Shown: positions 8,976 through 17,605 of the stretch, in pieces
Layout of the letters: every line of letters starts with the position of its first letter
Numbering within the stretch: position 1 is the first letter of the stretch
Virus record (IMG/VR): IMGVR_UViG_3300033168_000007
Coordinates: 1-30,466 of that record
Source of the DNA: a virus
Lineage: Duplodnaviria; Caudoviricetes
DNA: 30,466 nucleotides
Direction: 5' to 3' (one strand)
Translations under genes and position numbers: made by a program
The notes under the pieces: model-generated
The model's input: the letters and a program-made list of their open reading frames with translations, nothing else
Told to the model about the DNA's origin: nothing
The model's database searches: none

Positions 8976-9371
8976 CTAGTTGATGCCGATGGTGACGATG
9001 ACGCCCGCGCCGACAGCGAGGCCGGTGCCGTTCTGGTGCAGAACGGCGTCGATGACGTCGTTGGTCTGCAGGTTCGGCGGTGCGGTGACCGGGACGGACA
9101 GCGGAGTTTCCGCGACCAGGTTGGTCCCCGCGTTCAGGGTGAGGGCGGCGAACGTGGCCACCACCGCGCCGCCGCGGAGTTGGCGAAGGTTGACGCTCGC
9201 GTTGTTCGTCGCGACACCCGTCACCGTGACGAACCCGGCCGGTGGGGTCACGACAATGTTGCCCACGCCCTGGCCCTGCCCGTCAGCGGGCTCGACCGTG
9301 GCGACGACCACGTTCGCGTCGGCGCCTGCCGCGGCCTGCGCCGGTAGTGCCGGAGAGTCGTATACAGCCAT
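8976..9371 (-). CDS. Putative capsid decoration / cement protein
   Basis: 131 aa, V/A/T/G-rich beta-type protein immediately after the major capsid gene; AAGGAG RBS. Confidence 0.6.
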   Translation of the reverse strand: MAVYDSPALPAQAAAGADANVVVATVEPADGQGQGVGNIVVTPPAGFVTVTGVATNNASVNLRQLRGGAVVATFAALTLNAGTNLVAETPLSVPVTAPPNLQTNDVIDAVLHQNGTGLAVGAGVIVTIGIN

Positions 9372-9450
9372 GAGGAAAGCTCCTTCTCTCGTGCAGTAGG
9401 GGTGGGGCAGTTTAGGAAGTCATGCCCCAGGACTCAGACGATCAGAACGA

Positions 9451-10908
9451 TCAGAACGCGGGCGCGGTCAGCCCGGTCAATGTCGCGATCGAGGCTGCCT
9501 GACGGTTCAACAGGGTGCCGAGGTAGCTGTAGATCCGGTAAAGAATTCCCATCGAATCGGCGTAGGGCTCCCGGAACATTTCGATGTGGAAGCTGGACTC
9601 GAACAGGAGTAGGTCGTCCTGCTTGAGCAGGTAGACCCGGTCTTCGTTGTTACCTGCACCGAAGGTCACACCCATGTTCGGGTCGATGTAGACGGGCAGC
9701 CCCAGGAAGGTCCCCACATTGCCGGCGACGGCGGCCGGGTCGTCGGTCTGGGCGATGGGGTTGTAGGCCACCGCGGTGGGCACCACCAAGGGTCGGTTGG
9801 TGGTGTCGGTCTGGTTCATCAGCCAGAACCAGCGCCGGGGGTGCATCAGCCAGCAGGTGGCGGGCAGGAAGCGGGTCGTCGCGAACCCGGCGAGCAAGCC
9901 GAGGCTCTTCGAGTAGAAGTTCAGCGCCGTCTGAGCGGTCACCGCGAGGGTGTTCGCCACTGTGGCGTTGTTCAGACCATTGACGACCCCGTTGTTGTTG
10001 GCGCCCACGCCTGCCCCGTTGAGCACCTGCGCACCGACCTGCTGTGCGTAGGCCGCGATCAGGTCACCGGTGATCACGTCGTCGAAGTTGATCGCCGACT
10101 GGTCCAAAAGCTGCTGGCTCACGACCTGCTTGCCGCCGACCGAGGTGAACCCCGTCGAGACGAACGTGGTGGTGAGGTCAGTCTGAGCCAGCGCCGAGTT
10201 CTGCATGGTCTGCGGGGCCACTGTGGTCCCGGTGGCGATCTTCGGGTAGTCCACGCTCGACACACCCGCGGGTACATCGACGTGCTTGAACAGGTCCGCG
10301 GCAACCCGACCCGGGCGGGCCAGCTTGATGTAGTCCTCGACCATCCACTTCGGCGGCGCGAACTCTCCACCAGAACCGCCGGTAGCGCCGGTGTTGCCCA
10401 ACGCGCGCTGCTCCGCGGCCATGGCCAACGAGTGCCGCTGCAGCCGATCCCGAGCCTCGAAGGCGTTCTCCTTGAACCTGACATCCGCGATGTCACGGAA
10501 GAACGAGGCCCCGTTGATGTCGCCCCGGCGGTAGACGGCCGGCTCGGTGACCTGCGCCCCACCCTCGGGAATGCCCGAGTTGGCGCGGGCGGCATTGTCG
10601 AGCTTCGTGCGGCGTTCCAGGTCGGCGATCTCGGTGAGTCGCTCCTGCAGGGGCGTGGTCTGCTCGCCGAGGGTGGCCAGGGTGGCGCTGTAGTCGGCGT
10701 GGGAGACCTTCTCCTCGTCGGTGAGGCCGCGCTTCTCACCGGCAGCAGCTTCGAGGAGGGCACCGCGGGCTTCCGCGGCGGCGGTGATCTGTGTGCGAAT
10801 CTCGGCGAGGCGGGCTTCGATGATCTCCTGCGGGGTGGGGGCGCCACCAGCGCACAGGTAGATCGGGGCGCCGCTACGGCGGTACCCGATCAGGTTTCGA
10901 GCGGTCAT
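9451..10908 (-). CDS. Major capsid protein (HK97 fold, N-terminal delta/scaffold domain)
   Basis: Start reassigned to ATG 10908 (AAGGAC RBS), 485 aa. Coiled-coil N-term, GGEFAPP, VSQQLLDQS, WLMHPR, GTFLGLPVYID. Confidence 0.95.
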   Translation of the reverse strand: MTARNLIGYRRSGAPIYLCAGGAPTPQEIIEARLAEIRTQITAAAEARGALLEAAAGEKRGLTDEEKVSHADYSATLATLGEQTTPLQERLTEIADLERRTKLDNAARANSGIPEGGAQVTEPAVYRRGDINGASFFRDIADVRFKENAFEARDRLQRHSLAMAAEQRALGNTGATGGSGGEFAPPKWMVEDYIKLARPGRVAADLFKHVDVPAGVSSVDYPKIATGTTVAPQTMQNSALAQTDLTTTFVSTGFTSVGGKQVVSQQLLDQSAINFDDVITGDLIAAYAQQVGAQVLNGAGVGANNNGVVNGLNNATVANTLAVTAQTALNFYSKSLGLLAGFATTRFLPATCWLMHPRRWFWLMNQTDTTNRPLVVPTAVAYNPIAQTDDPAAVAGNVGTFLGLPVYIDPNMGVTFGAGNNEDRVYLLKQDDLLLFESSFHIEMFREPYADSMGILYRIYSYLGTLLNRQAASIATLTGLTAPAF

Positions 10909-11064
10909 AGCGATGTCCTTTCGGGACGAAATGGTGCAAAGGGACATGCCGTGATGGCGTCTCAGGTGGTGACCCCGGGTGGAGGAGTTCCGGCGCAGGG
11001 TTCCGGCGTGCGAGCAGCACAGCGATCCGCGCAGCATCGGGCTGGGCGGAAGAATGGGGGTAGA

Positions 11065-11850
11065 TCAGGATGCGCGCGACTCCTGGTCGTGCTCGTGGAG
11101 CAGCCGCAACGTCTCGACGTAGGCGGCGGCCTGCAGCACCTCGGCTGCATCGTTCTCGGCCGGCTTCGGCGCCACGGAGCGGGCTTCCTCGTCCGTGGCG
11201 AGCGCTGCAACCATGCGGGACAAGGTCTCGAGAGTGGCCGTGTCCAGGGTGTTGCCCTCGCGAATGTCGATGGCCATGCGCTGCAGCTTCGCGGGCTTCA
11301 TCGAACGGAACGCGCGCACAGCACTGATGCTGGTCGACGGGTTCGCACCGAAGTTCACCGCCGACACATCGCCCCGGTCCAGGTTCAGCTCCAGTAAGGC
11401 GCGTTCCTCGTAGTCCGGCGACCACTCCTGGCGGACGACACGGAACCCGAAGCTCATCTGGTCCACGTCGCCGTCCTCGATGGCGGTCACCAGGTCGCGG
11501 ACATCGCTGCGGGCTGTGTTGACCGTGGCGACCGCCAACAGGCCGGTATCGTCCTCGTCCAGCTTCAGTGTTCCCGATGCGGTGCGGGCCATGGTGAGGC
11601 CCTCGTGATTGCTCAGGTATGCCACGTCGGACATACCGACCTGCGTCGTCCGAGCGAACGCGCCCTTGCGGACAACCTCCGAGTACTCGCCGAACATGTC
11701 GAACATTGGATAGGGCTGCTCGGTGGTGCTGGCGTAGCCGCGCAGCTCAACCTTGCTACCACCCGCGCTTCGCACCTCGAACTTAGCGGGGTACGACCGG
11801 GATTCCGGTGCCCCCGTGAGGGCACCTCGGCTCGCGATGTCAGAGGACAC
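11065..11850 (-). CDS. HK97-family prohead protease
   Basis: LRGYAS, EVVRKGAF, L.NH, GTLKL.ED.TGL, GDVDQMSFGF, DVSAVNFGANPST. Confidence 0.95.
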   Translation of the reverse strand: MSSDIASRGALTGAPESRSYPAKFEVRSAGGSKVELRGYASTTEQPYPMFDMFGEYSEVVRKGAFARTTQVGMSDVAYLSNHEGLTMARTASGTLKLDEDDTGLLAVATVNTARSDVRDLVTAIEDGDVDQMSFGFRVVRQEWSPDYEERALLELNLDRGDVSAVNFGANPSTSISAVRAFRSMKPAKLQRMAIDIREGNTLDTATLETLSRMVAALATDEEARSVAPKPAENDAAEVLQAAAYVETLRLLHEHDQESRAS

Positions 11851-13117
11851 TGGCGGGGGCTCCTTCGTTGTCGACAGGCTCAGCGGACGGCGGCGGCATC
11901 GGAGGCACCCCGTACGGCAGCTCTTTGAGGTTCGGCTCGGCCTTCGCGGCGCCCAGCGGGGTGATGGACAACGGGACCATGTTCGATTCCTTGCGCTGGT
12001 CCAGCGTCATCGGCGCCATGTTCCGCTTCGCCCTGGCCTCGGTCGGGGTGATCACCTTGCCCGCCAGGTATTGGACCGTGGTCTTGGCCGAGGTCTCCGC
12101 GTCGGTGCGCAGCAACGCTTCGGTGTCGAACTTGACGAACGCGGCCTGCGACATCAGCGGGAACATGGCATCTTCGATGCGCTTGAGCCACCACGCCAGC
12201 GAGAACGTCAAGAACTCGATCGAACGCATCTCCACGCTCGCGTAGGTCATCGACCCGCCAGCGGACCCACCTACCATCTCCGGCGGCACCCCGAAATACC
12301 GGGCGATTTGCGACACGTTCGCGCGCTGCGTCTCCAGGAACTGCGACTCGTTCGGAGTCACCCCCAGCGCGTGATAACCCAGACCCGCGCCGAGCACGAT
12401 CGGCTCCCGGTTGCGGGTGGCCGCGAGCAGGCGCTCCTTGATGGTGGTGGCCTGCGTCTGGTTGATCTCCTGGTCCGACGTCAGGACCGCCTTCGGGATA
12501 CCCCCGCCGTGGAAGAAGTCGCCGGCGAACTTCCTCGAACTGATGTCGATGTCGATGGTGGCCGCGGCGTAGGCGATGGGCGACAGCCCGACCTTTTTGC
12601 CCGGCAGGGTGAAGCCGCGCATGTGCCACATGTTCTGCGGCGGGATCACCCGCTGCTTCGCGCCGTACTTGTAGACCAGGTCGCCGGTGTTGGGGTCCGG
12701 GTCGGCGTTGACCGCGTCCGGGTTGAGGATGGTGGCCTGCGTGGCGTTGCCGTTGCCATCGCGGTCGGTGATCTCACCGAACACGTTGCCCCGCATGGTC
12801 GCCGAGACCATCAGCATGTGCAACCACTCAGACTGCGTCATGGTCGGGCTCGGTGTGGTGATCAGCTTCGGATCGGTGACCCGCATCGGAATGTCGCCCT
12901 GCATGCGGAACGTTTCCAACGGCAGCATCGACACGCTTCGGGCCAACAGGCTCACGCACGACCACACGGTGGACACCTGCAGGGCCTGGTCCGGGTTGCT
13001 CGCCACGTTCGTCGCACCGTTGACGTCGGTGCCGCGAATCGGGGAGATGATCGGCTCGCCGGTCCACCCACCTGCGGCGCGCTTCTCGCGAACACCACCA
13101 CCGAAGAGGATTCCCAC
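11840..13117 (-). CDS. Portal protein (HK97 family)
   Basis: ALQVSTVWSCV.LLA..VS.LP, GLSPI, SQFLETQR...IARYFGVPPEMVG. Confidence 0.96.
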   Translation of the reverse strand: MGILFGGGVREKRAAGGWTGEPIISPIRGTDVNGATNVASNPDQALQVSTVWSCVSLLARSVSMLPLETFRMQGDIPMRVTDPKLITTPSPTMTQSEWLHMLMVSATMRGNVFGEITDRDGNGNATQATILNPDAVNADPDPNTGDLVYKYGAKQRVIPPQNMWHMRGFTLPGKKVGLSPIAYAAATIDIDISSRKFAGDFFHGGGIPKAVLTSDQEINQTQATTIKERLLAATRNREPIVLGAGLGYHALGVTPNESQFLETQRANVSQIARYFGVPPEMVGGSAGGSMTYASVEMRSIEFLTFSLAWWLKRIEDAMFPLMSQAAFVKFDTEALLRTDAETSAKTTVQYLAGKVITPTEARAKRNMAPMTLDQRKESNMVPLSITPLGAAKAEPNLKELPYGVPPMPPPSAEPVDNEGAPASVL

Positions 13118-13121
13118 CGGG

Positions 13122-13289
13122 TTACCTCCTCGGGTCAGTCAGTCGGTCGGCGAGTAACAGGGCACCAGCGGTGATCAGGGCGGCCGGGATGGACCACAGC
13201 GCCACCCCGGCGGTGATCAGGCCGCACGCCACCACCGCGAGGGCGACCCGGCCGCGGAGGACGAAGAAAGCCAGGAACGCCACCAACAC
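13122..13289 (-). CDS. Small membrane protein between terL and portal
   Basis: About 55 aa and hydrophobic (ALAVVACGLITAGVALWSIPAALITAGALLL); GAGGGAG RBS before GTG 13289. Alternative start at 13319. Confidence 0.75.
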   Translation of the reverse strand: MLVAFLAFFVLRGRVALAVVACGLITAGVALWSIPAALITAGALLLADRLTDPRR

Positions 13290-13315
13290 CGTGACGGCTC
13301 CCTCTTTGACCCGCC

Positions 13316-14782
13316 TCACCACACGGACGCCGCAACGTCTTTGACCTCGGCCGCTTTCACCGAGTACCCCCACAGTGCGAGCGTCACCGAAACCAACGGG
13401 GTGATGTCCACTCCGCTGGTGTAATCCCACGCCCACGCACCGGCCATCGACTTGGTTGTCGCCCGGCCCACCGCAACAGTGAGAGGCTGCTGGTCGATGT
13501 GCCACAGCCTGTGGCCCATCACCGCGTCATAGAGGGCGCCGCAGCCCTGCACCACCGCCGTCGTCCCCGGTTGCATGGCTTCGATCCCCACCGCCGCGAG
13601 GTCCGGCAGCAACGATCCTGCGGGCGAGCCCGGGCGGATCACGATGCCCAGCGGGTTCCACGCCGCCTTCCGCTCCACCAGCCACGGGACCACCCACGAC
13701 GAGTCGGTGTTCGGCCGGTACTCGACGACCTCCACGTGATAGGCGCCGTCCTCGCGGAGCCCCGCCACCGAAATGGCTGTGGTCGAGCGGTCGCCCGTCA
13801 TGTCCACGGCGAACACCATGCGGCTGTGCAGACGGCTGTCCAGATCGCTCTGCGCGTTCCAGTCGTTGGCCGAAATTGCCACCTCGACCGTGGCGGGCGG
13901 GCGCCAGATCCCCAGACGCTCCCGGCGGAAGCGGTCCTCGGTCATGCCCGGGCGCTCTACGAGCTGGATGAAGTCCAGCCCCAGCCGGCCGCACTCGATC
14001 CCCGGGTTCGAGGCGAGCAGCACTGCCTCGTCGTCGCTGTCCGCGTCGTCCGGTGCCGACCACTCCCGGTACATCAGCCGCGGCTCATTGCCAGCGATGC
14101 CACGCTCTCGGATGGCGGCCAGCTGCTCGGAGGAGTCCATGCCGGCGGAAGACACATACCAAACCTGCGGGTTGCTCACCGCGCTCAGCGTGGGCAGCAG
14201 GTCGGCGATCATGTCCGGGTCGAGGTCGTACGCCTCGTCGAAGATCATGGTGTCCCCGGTGAAACCACGACCCGATCCACCGGAGCGCGCAAAGAAGTTC
14301 AGCCGCTCACCGGTGAGCAGCTCGATGCCGGTCTCCTCGTTGCTCTGCCGGTACAGACCGCCAACCGGCGTGCCCGAGGTGTCGTGCTTACCGCCGGTCA
14401 GCTTGTGGAGTTCGGGGGTCTGGCGCACCAACTGCTTGATGCGGCGAAACATCGTCTTGGAAGTCTTGAACTGGTGGGCCGAGTAGATCGACTGCGCATC
14501 CCTCGTCAAGAACAAGGACGTGAGCTGTCGGGCCTCAATGATGGCCCCCTTGCCGCACTGCCGCGGGACGACCAGCCCGACTTCCAGCGCCGCCCACTTG
14601 CCGCCGACCCGCCGGTTCAGCGAGTCCCGCAGGACGTCCGCTTGCCAAGGGTCCAGGTGCAGCCCTGCGTAGTCGGCAAGGTCGACGGCGTCACCGCCGA
14701 GGGAGCCGTCGAAGAACGGCGGGGTACTAGCGAGCCGAGGTGTCCGACTGCCGGTCGGCCTGGCGAGCAGCGAGCTTGTCAA
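13316..14782 (-). CDS. terL: Terminase large subunit
   Basis: Walker A VPRQCGKG, Walker B MIFDEA, SNP, FRRERLGIW, nuclease FAVDM, DITPLVS. Start reassigned to TTG 14782 (GGAGG RBS). Confidence 0.95.
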   Translation of the reverse strand: MTSSLLARPTGSRTPRLASTPPFFDGSLGGDAVDLADYAGLHLDPWQADVLRDSLNRRVGGKWAALEVGLVVPRQCGKGAIIEARQLTSLFLTRDAQSIYSAHQFKTSKTMFRRIKQLVRQTPELHKLTGGKHDTSGTPVGGLYRQSNEETGIELLTGERLNFFARSGGSGRGFTGDTMIFDEAYDLDPDMIADLLPTLSAVSNPQVWYVSSAGMDSSEQLAAIRERGIAGNEPRLMYREWSAPDDADSDDEAVLLASNPGIECGRLGLDFIQLVERPGMTEDRFRRERLGIWRPPATVEVAISANDWNAQSDLDSRLHSRMVFAVDMTGDRSTTAISVAGLREDGAYHVEVVEYRPNTDSSWVVPWLVERKAAWNPLGIVIRPGSPAGSLLPDLAAVGIEAMQPGTTAVVQGCGALYDAVMGHRLWHIDQQPLTVAVGRATTKSMAGAWAWDYTSGVDITPLVSVTLALWGYSVKAAEVKDVAASVW

Positions 14783-15137
14783 GGAAAGTGCCTCCGCCCT
14801 CTGCTGTGATGGTCGAGCCCAGTTTCGCGGTGCCCAGGTGGGCGAAGATGGTGCGCAGCGCCAGCGCCTGCTGCCGGGACTCCGACAGCGCACCGTCCAT
14901 CACGATCGACACGTCCTGGCCCTCGACCTGCTCGGCCAACTTCACCCACTCGGTACGCCGGCTGCGCAGGATCCCGTCGAGCTTCTCCAGCCGGTCCACG
15001 ATCCGACACGCTTCGGCGACAAGCACCGCGGTGGCGGGATCGAAGCTGCGGCCATCCGACAGCTCGGTCCACAACGCCTTACCGCGGGCGCTGAGACGAG
15101 CCGGTCTGAGCAGCGGTGAGGAAGTATGCACAACCAC
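14727..15137 (-). CDS. terS: Terminase small subunit
   Basis: LSARGKALW...LVAEACRIVDRLEKLD...ALSESRQQ..ALR; overlaps the terL start. Exact start uncertain. Confidence 0.85.
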   Translation of the reverse strand: MVVHTSSPLLRPARLSARGKALWTELSDGRSFDPATAVLVAEACRIVDRLEKLDGILRSRRTEWVKLAEQVEGQDVSIVMDGALSESRQQALALRTIFAHLGTAKLGSTITAEGGGTFLDKLAARQADRQSDTSAR

Positions 15138-15139
15138 CC

Positions 15140-15456
15140 CCGTTTTATGCAGTCTGACCTGCGGTTCTGCGCGTTCCAGGGCAGTCTTGGCCGGTTTGGA
15201 ATGTGCTGGGGAGAGAAACGAGGCTGCTGCGTGCGGTCACAGCGCCGTCGCGTACCAAAAAACCAAACCGATGGCCAGTCCGGTCAACTTGACCGCTGCT
15301 CTGGATATTTATGCATGGAACGCGATGGTCAAGTTGTCGGGTACCCGGCTGGCTGGCGGGTGCCGGTGGCAGGTGCCGGGTGGTTGGTCTGGTTGGTCGC
15401 CGTGCCTTGCCTACCTGCCTGTCGGTCAGCGCCCGTGTCTGTCCGACAGCGCGTGC
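15140..15456. other. Candidate packaging (cos-type) region between HNH and terS
   Basis: Intergenic region in the HNH-terS arrangement. Contains palindrome CGGTCAA-C-TTGACCG (15281-15295), an A-tract (15257-15267) and GGGGAGAGAAA. Confidence 0.5.
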
Positions 15457-15780
15457 CTACCACCGCCTGCTGGTGAGCAGGGGTGCCGCGGGTGTCCGCT
15501 TGGCTGCCCTGAGTGTGTGGCCGTAGGTGGCACCAGCGGAGCGGTTGCAGTGCCGGTGCTCCAGCGCGTCGGGCAGGGCATCACCACCGCGTGCCCGCTC
15601 CTGGCCGTCAGCGTGCCCACCGTCGAGGGTGGCAGCGTCCCACATGGGGTAGCCGCATCGTCGGCATGGTGTTCCTGGTAGGTGCCTGTCCTTGAGCTCG
15701 GCTACCCGCTGGCGGTGTGGCCAGCCGAGGCCACGCTGGGTGGTGGTGCGGGTGTAGGTGGTGCGGCGCCTGCCTGCCAT
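15457..15780 (-). CDS. Packaging-associated HNH endonuclease (HK97 gp74-like position)
   Basis: RGLGWPH..., CRRCG, LDGGH, LEHRHCNRSAGA; immediately upstream of terS. Confidence 0.85.
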   Translation of the reverse strand: MAGRRRTTYTRTTTQRGLGWPHRQRVAELKDRHLPGTPCRRCGYPMWDAATLDGGHADGQERARGGDALPDALEHRHCNRSAGATYGHTLRAAKRTPAAPLLTSRRW

Positions 15781-15920
15781 GGGGGTTTCCGCCTTGGTGG
15801 GTTCAGGGTTCGGCCTTGGTGGTTTGGCGGTTCTCGGGTTGGCTGGCTCGCGGGCTGGCTTCCAAGTGGCTTGGTGCCCGCTCAGTCCGCTAACCCCCCC
15901 GGGTGGTTGTCAGATTTGAG

Positions 15921-16250
15921 CTAGACCTCTGGTTGTGGGATGCCGTTGTGGTCGCGGATGCTGCGCCGGAACAGGTGCTGTTTCGCGTGCTCCACCGAGA
16001 CGGCCGCGTGCACGTCTTCGACCGCTGCCCTGTTGCGTTTCGTGGAGGCGCCGAGGATGGACAGCAGCACGAGCTGCAGGAATACCGTCGATCCCCACAG
16101 CGCGTACTTCTGAGCCGTGTCGGGCAGTAGGCCGGGGAATCCGCCCACGAACGCGAGGACGGCGAATACATACGCGGTGGTCATCGTTCCCACCGCGTCG
16201 GATACCTTCGCGGCTGCCCGCTCGTTGAAGCGGGTGTAGGCGTTGCTCAC
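15921..16250 (-). CDS. Membrane protein (recalls DUF1003-like proteins)
   Basis: FNERAA.KVSDAVGTM..AYVFAVLA and W.STVFLQLVLLSIL; two hydrophobic helices. Confidence 0.7.
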   Translation of the reverse strand: MSNAYTRFNERAAAKVSDAVGTMTTAYVFAVLAFVGGFPGLLPDTAQKYALWGSTVFLQLVLLSILGASTKRNRAAVEDVHAAVSVEHAKQHLFRRSIRDHNGIPQPEV

Positions 16251-16252
16251 CG

Positions 16253-16450
16253 CTAGTGCCCCTTGTGCCTGTGGTTGCCGTGATTACCGCCCCGACGGTG
16301 GTGCGGCGCGTGGTGCACATGAGCTCCGTGGCTGACGTGATGCACGTGGGCACCCTTGTGCGCGTGGTGCTTGCCGCGCCGTGCCGCGGACATGTGCTCG
16401 CGGGCCACAGCGGAGAACACGACCCCCTTGTGGCCCCCACCTCTAGGCAT
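16253..16450 (-). CDS. Small basic His-rich protein
   Basis: 65 aa, 18 His; coupled to the upstream gene by TAATG. Confidence 0.7.
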   Translation of the reverse strand: MPRGGGHKGVVFSAVAREHMSAARRGKHHAHKGAHVHHVSHGAHVHHAPHHRRGGNHGNHRHKGH

Positions 16451-16605
16451 TAGAGACCCCCTACGACGCTCATCAGTACGTACCCAAACGCAACCATCGC
16501 CGTAAGGATTCCTATTACCGCCGCTAGGAACATGAGGAGATGGACGCCAATGTCGCTATCCGATTCGTAGTCCAGCGGTGGCCAGTCGTCCGGTAGCGGC
16601 CGCAC
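16450..16605 (-). CDS. Small single-pass membrane protein (not in ORF track)
   Basis: MRPLPDDWPPLDYESDSDIGVHLLMFLAAVIGILTAMVAFGYVLMSVVGGL* (51 aa); its stop overlaps the next ATG. Confidence 0.65.
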   Translation of the reverse strand: MRPLPDDWPPLDYESDSDIGVHLLMFLAAVIGILTAMVAFGYVLMSVVGGL

Positions 16606-16620
16606 TGAGGGGTCAGCGCC

Positions 16621-17181
16621 TTACTGGGTAGCAGGTGGTGCCGATGGCACCTGCGGCGGTGCTGACTGCGACGGCGGGGTGGTTGCGCCACCGATGCCAC
16701 CGTTGACGGCCGGTGCTTGCTGTACCGGTGCGGGGGCCTCGCCTGATGCCGGTGGTTGCACCGGGGCGCCGTTGACGTCGGTGGCCACTGGTGTGGTCGC
16801 TGCGGCGCCGGGTTGCGCCGGGTTGGCCGCTGGTGCCTGTGCTGGCTGCGCGGGAGTACCGGCGGGCTGCTGCGCCGGTGCAGGCGGTGCAGCAACGGGA
16901 GGCGCTGCAGGAGCGGCAACGTCGCCCCGAACGCGGGAAACCACGGCGTCGAGTTTGCTCAGGTCGAGCTGCGCGGCGGCGGGCTGTGCTTTCAGTGCGG
17001 CCACTTCCGCTTCGATGGCCGACAGCCCATCGTTGATAGCTGAGGTGTCGGCGTTGATCTGGCCTTGCTCGTCCATGATTGCCTCCAGTATGAAGATGAT
17101 CGCGATCGCCCAGTCGGGCAGTTCTGTTGCTCGGTGCTCACGCCAGTCGATGACGGTGGCCCAGTGGTCGTCGAGGTCCAT
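16621..17181 (-). CDS. Coiled-coil protein with long Pro/Ala/Gln-rich tail
   Basis: Start reassigned to ATG 17181 (TGATG coupling, GGAG upstream); 186 aa. Confidence 0.75.
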   Translation of the reverse strand: MDLDDHWATVIDWREHRATELPDWAIAIIFILEAIMDEQGQINADTSAINDGLSAIEAEVAALKAQPAAAQLDLSKLDAVVSRVRGDVAAPAAPPVAAPPAPAQQPAGTPAQPAQAPAANPAQPGAAATTPVATDVNGAPVQPPASGEAPAPVQQAPAVNGGIGGATTPPSQSAPPQVPSAPPATQ

Positions 17182-17447
17182 CACACCCACTCCGCGTCGT
17201 AGCAGTCGCGCGATGGGTCGTAGCCGGTGATCCGGTAGACCCACACTCCGTTGTCGGCTTGCAGCCGAATCAGGTCGTCTGTGACCGTCAGGTAGTCGTA
17301 GAAGGCGGATTCGAGACACTCGCGGGCAAAGACGGCGCGTGGCGGCGCGTCCATGACTTCCAGCCGGTCGTATCCATCGCCGTTCCATCCAACGCTGCGC
17401 AACGTGACCGCTCCAGCGCAGTTGGTACCTCGCAGGCCAGCGCTCAC
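17181..17447 (-). CDS. Hypothetical phage protein
   Basis: 88 aa, coupled at both ends; ADNGVWVYRITGYD motif. Confidence 0.8.
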   Translation of the reverse strand: MSAGLRGTNCAGAVTLRSVGWNGDGYDRLEVMDAPPRAVFARECLESAFYDYLTVTDDLIRLQADNGVWVYRITGYDPSRDCYDAEWV

Positions 17448-17605
17448 GGTTGCTCCCTATCTGGAGGTGGGATTTCGGTGTCAGCCCCGAGGGCCGCCGA
17501 CTTCAGCACGGCCAGAGCGTCGGCGCCGCGCATCCCCGCCGACCTCACCTCGTACATCGCCTTCGCGAGGTCTTGTGCGGGCCCGCCGACCTGCCTGAGA
17601 TCCAT
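17444..17605 (-). CDS. 53-aa mini-protein homologous to tape measure residues 101-137 (not in ORF track)
   Basis: MDLRQVGGPAQDLAKAMYEVRSAGMRGADALAVLKSAALGADTEIPPPDREQP*; GAGGAG RBS; TGATG and GTGA coupling. Confidence 0.85.
   Translation of the reverse strand: MDLRQVGGPAQDLAKAMYEVRSAGMRGADALAVLKSAALGADTEIPPPDREQP

Noticed and set aside
9433-9459. 9-bp tandem repeat (GATCAGAAC) at the capsid stop as a readthrough or frameshift signal
   Set aside because: It only creates a second in-frame TGA; no in-frame extension follows.
10909-11037. 43-aa N-terminal extension of the capsid ORF; likewise the upstream extensions of terL, the 22259 HNH and the exonuclease
   Set aside because: Better RBS or coupled starts lie downstream; the extensions are artefacts of longest-ORF calling.
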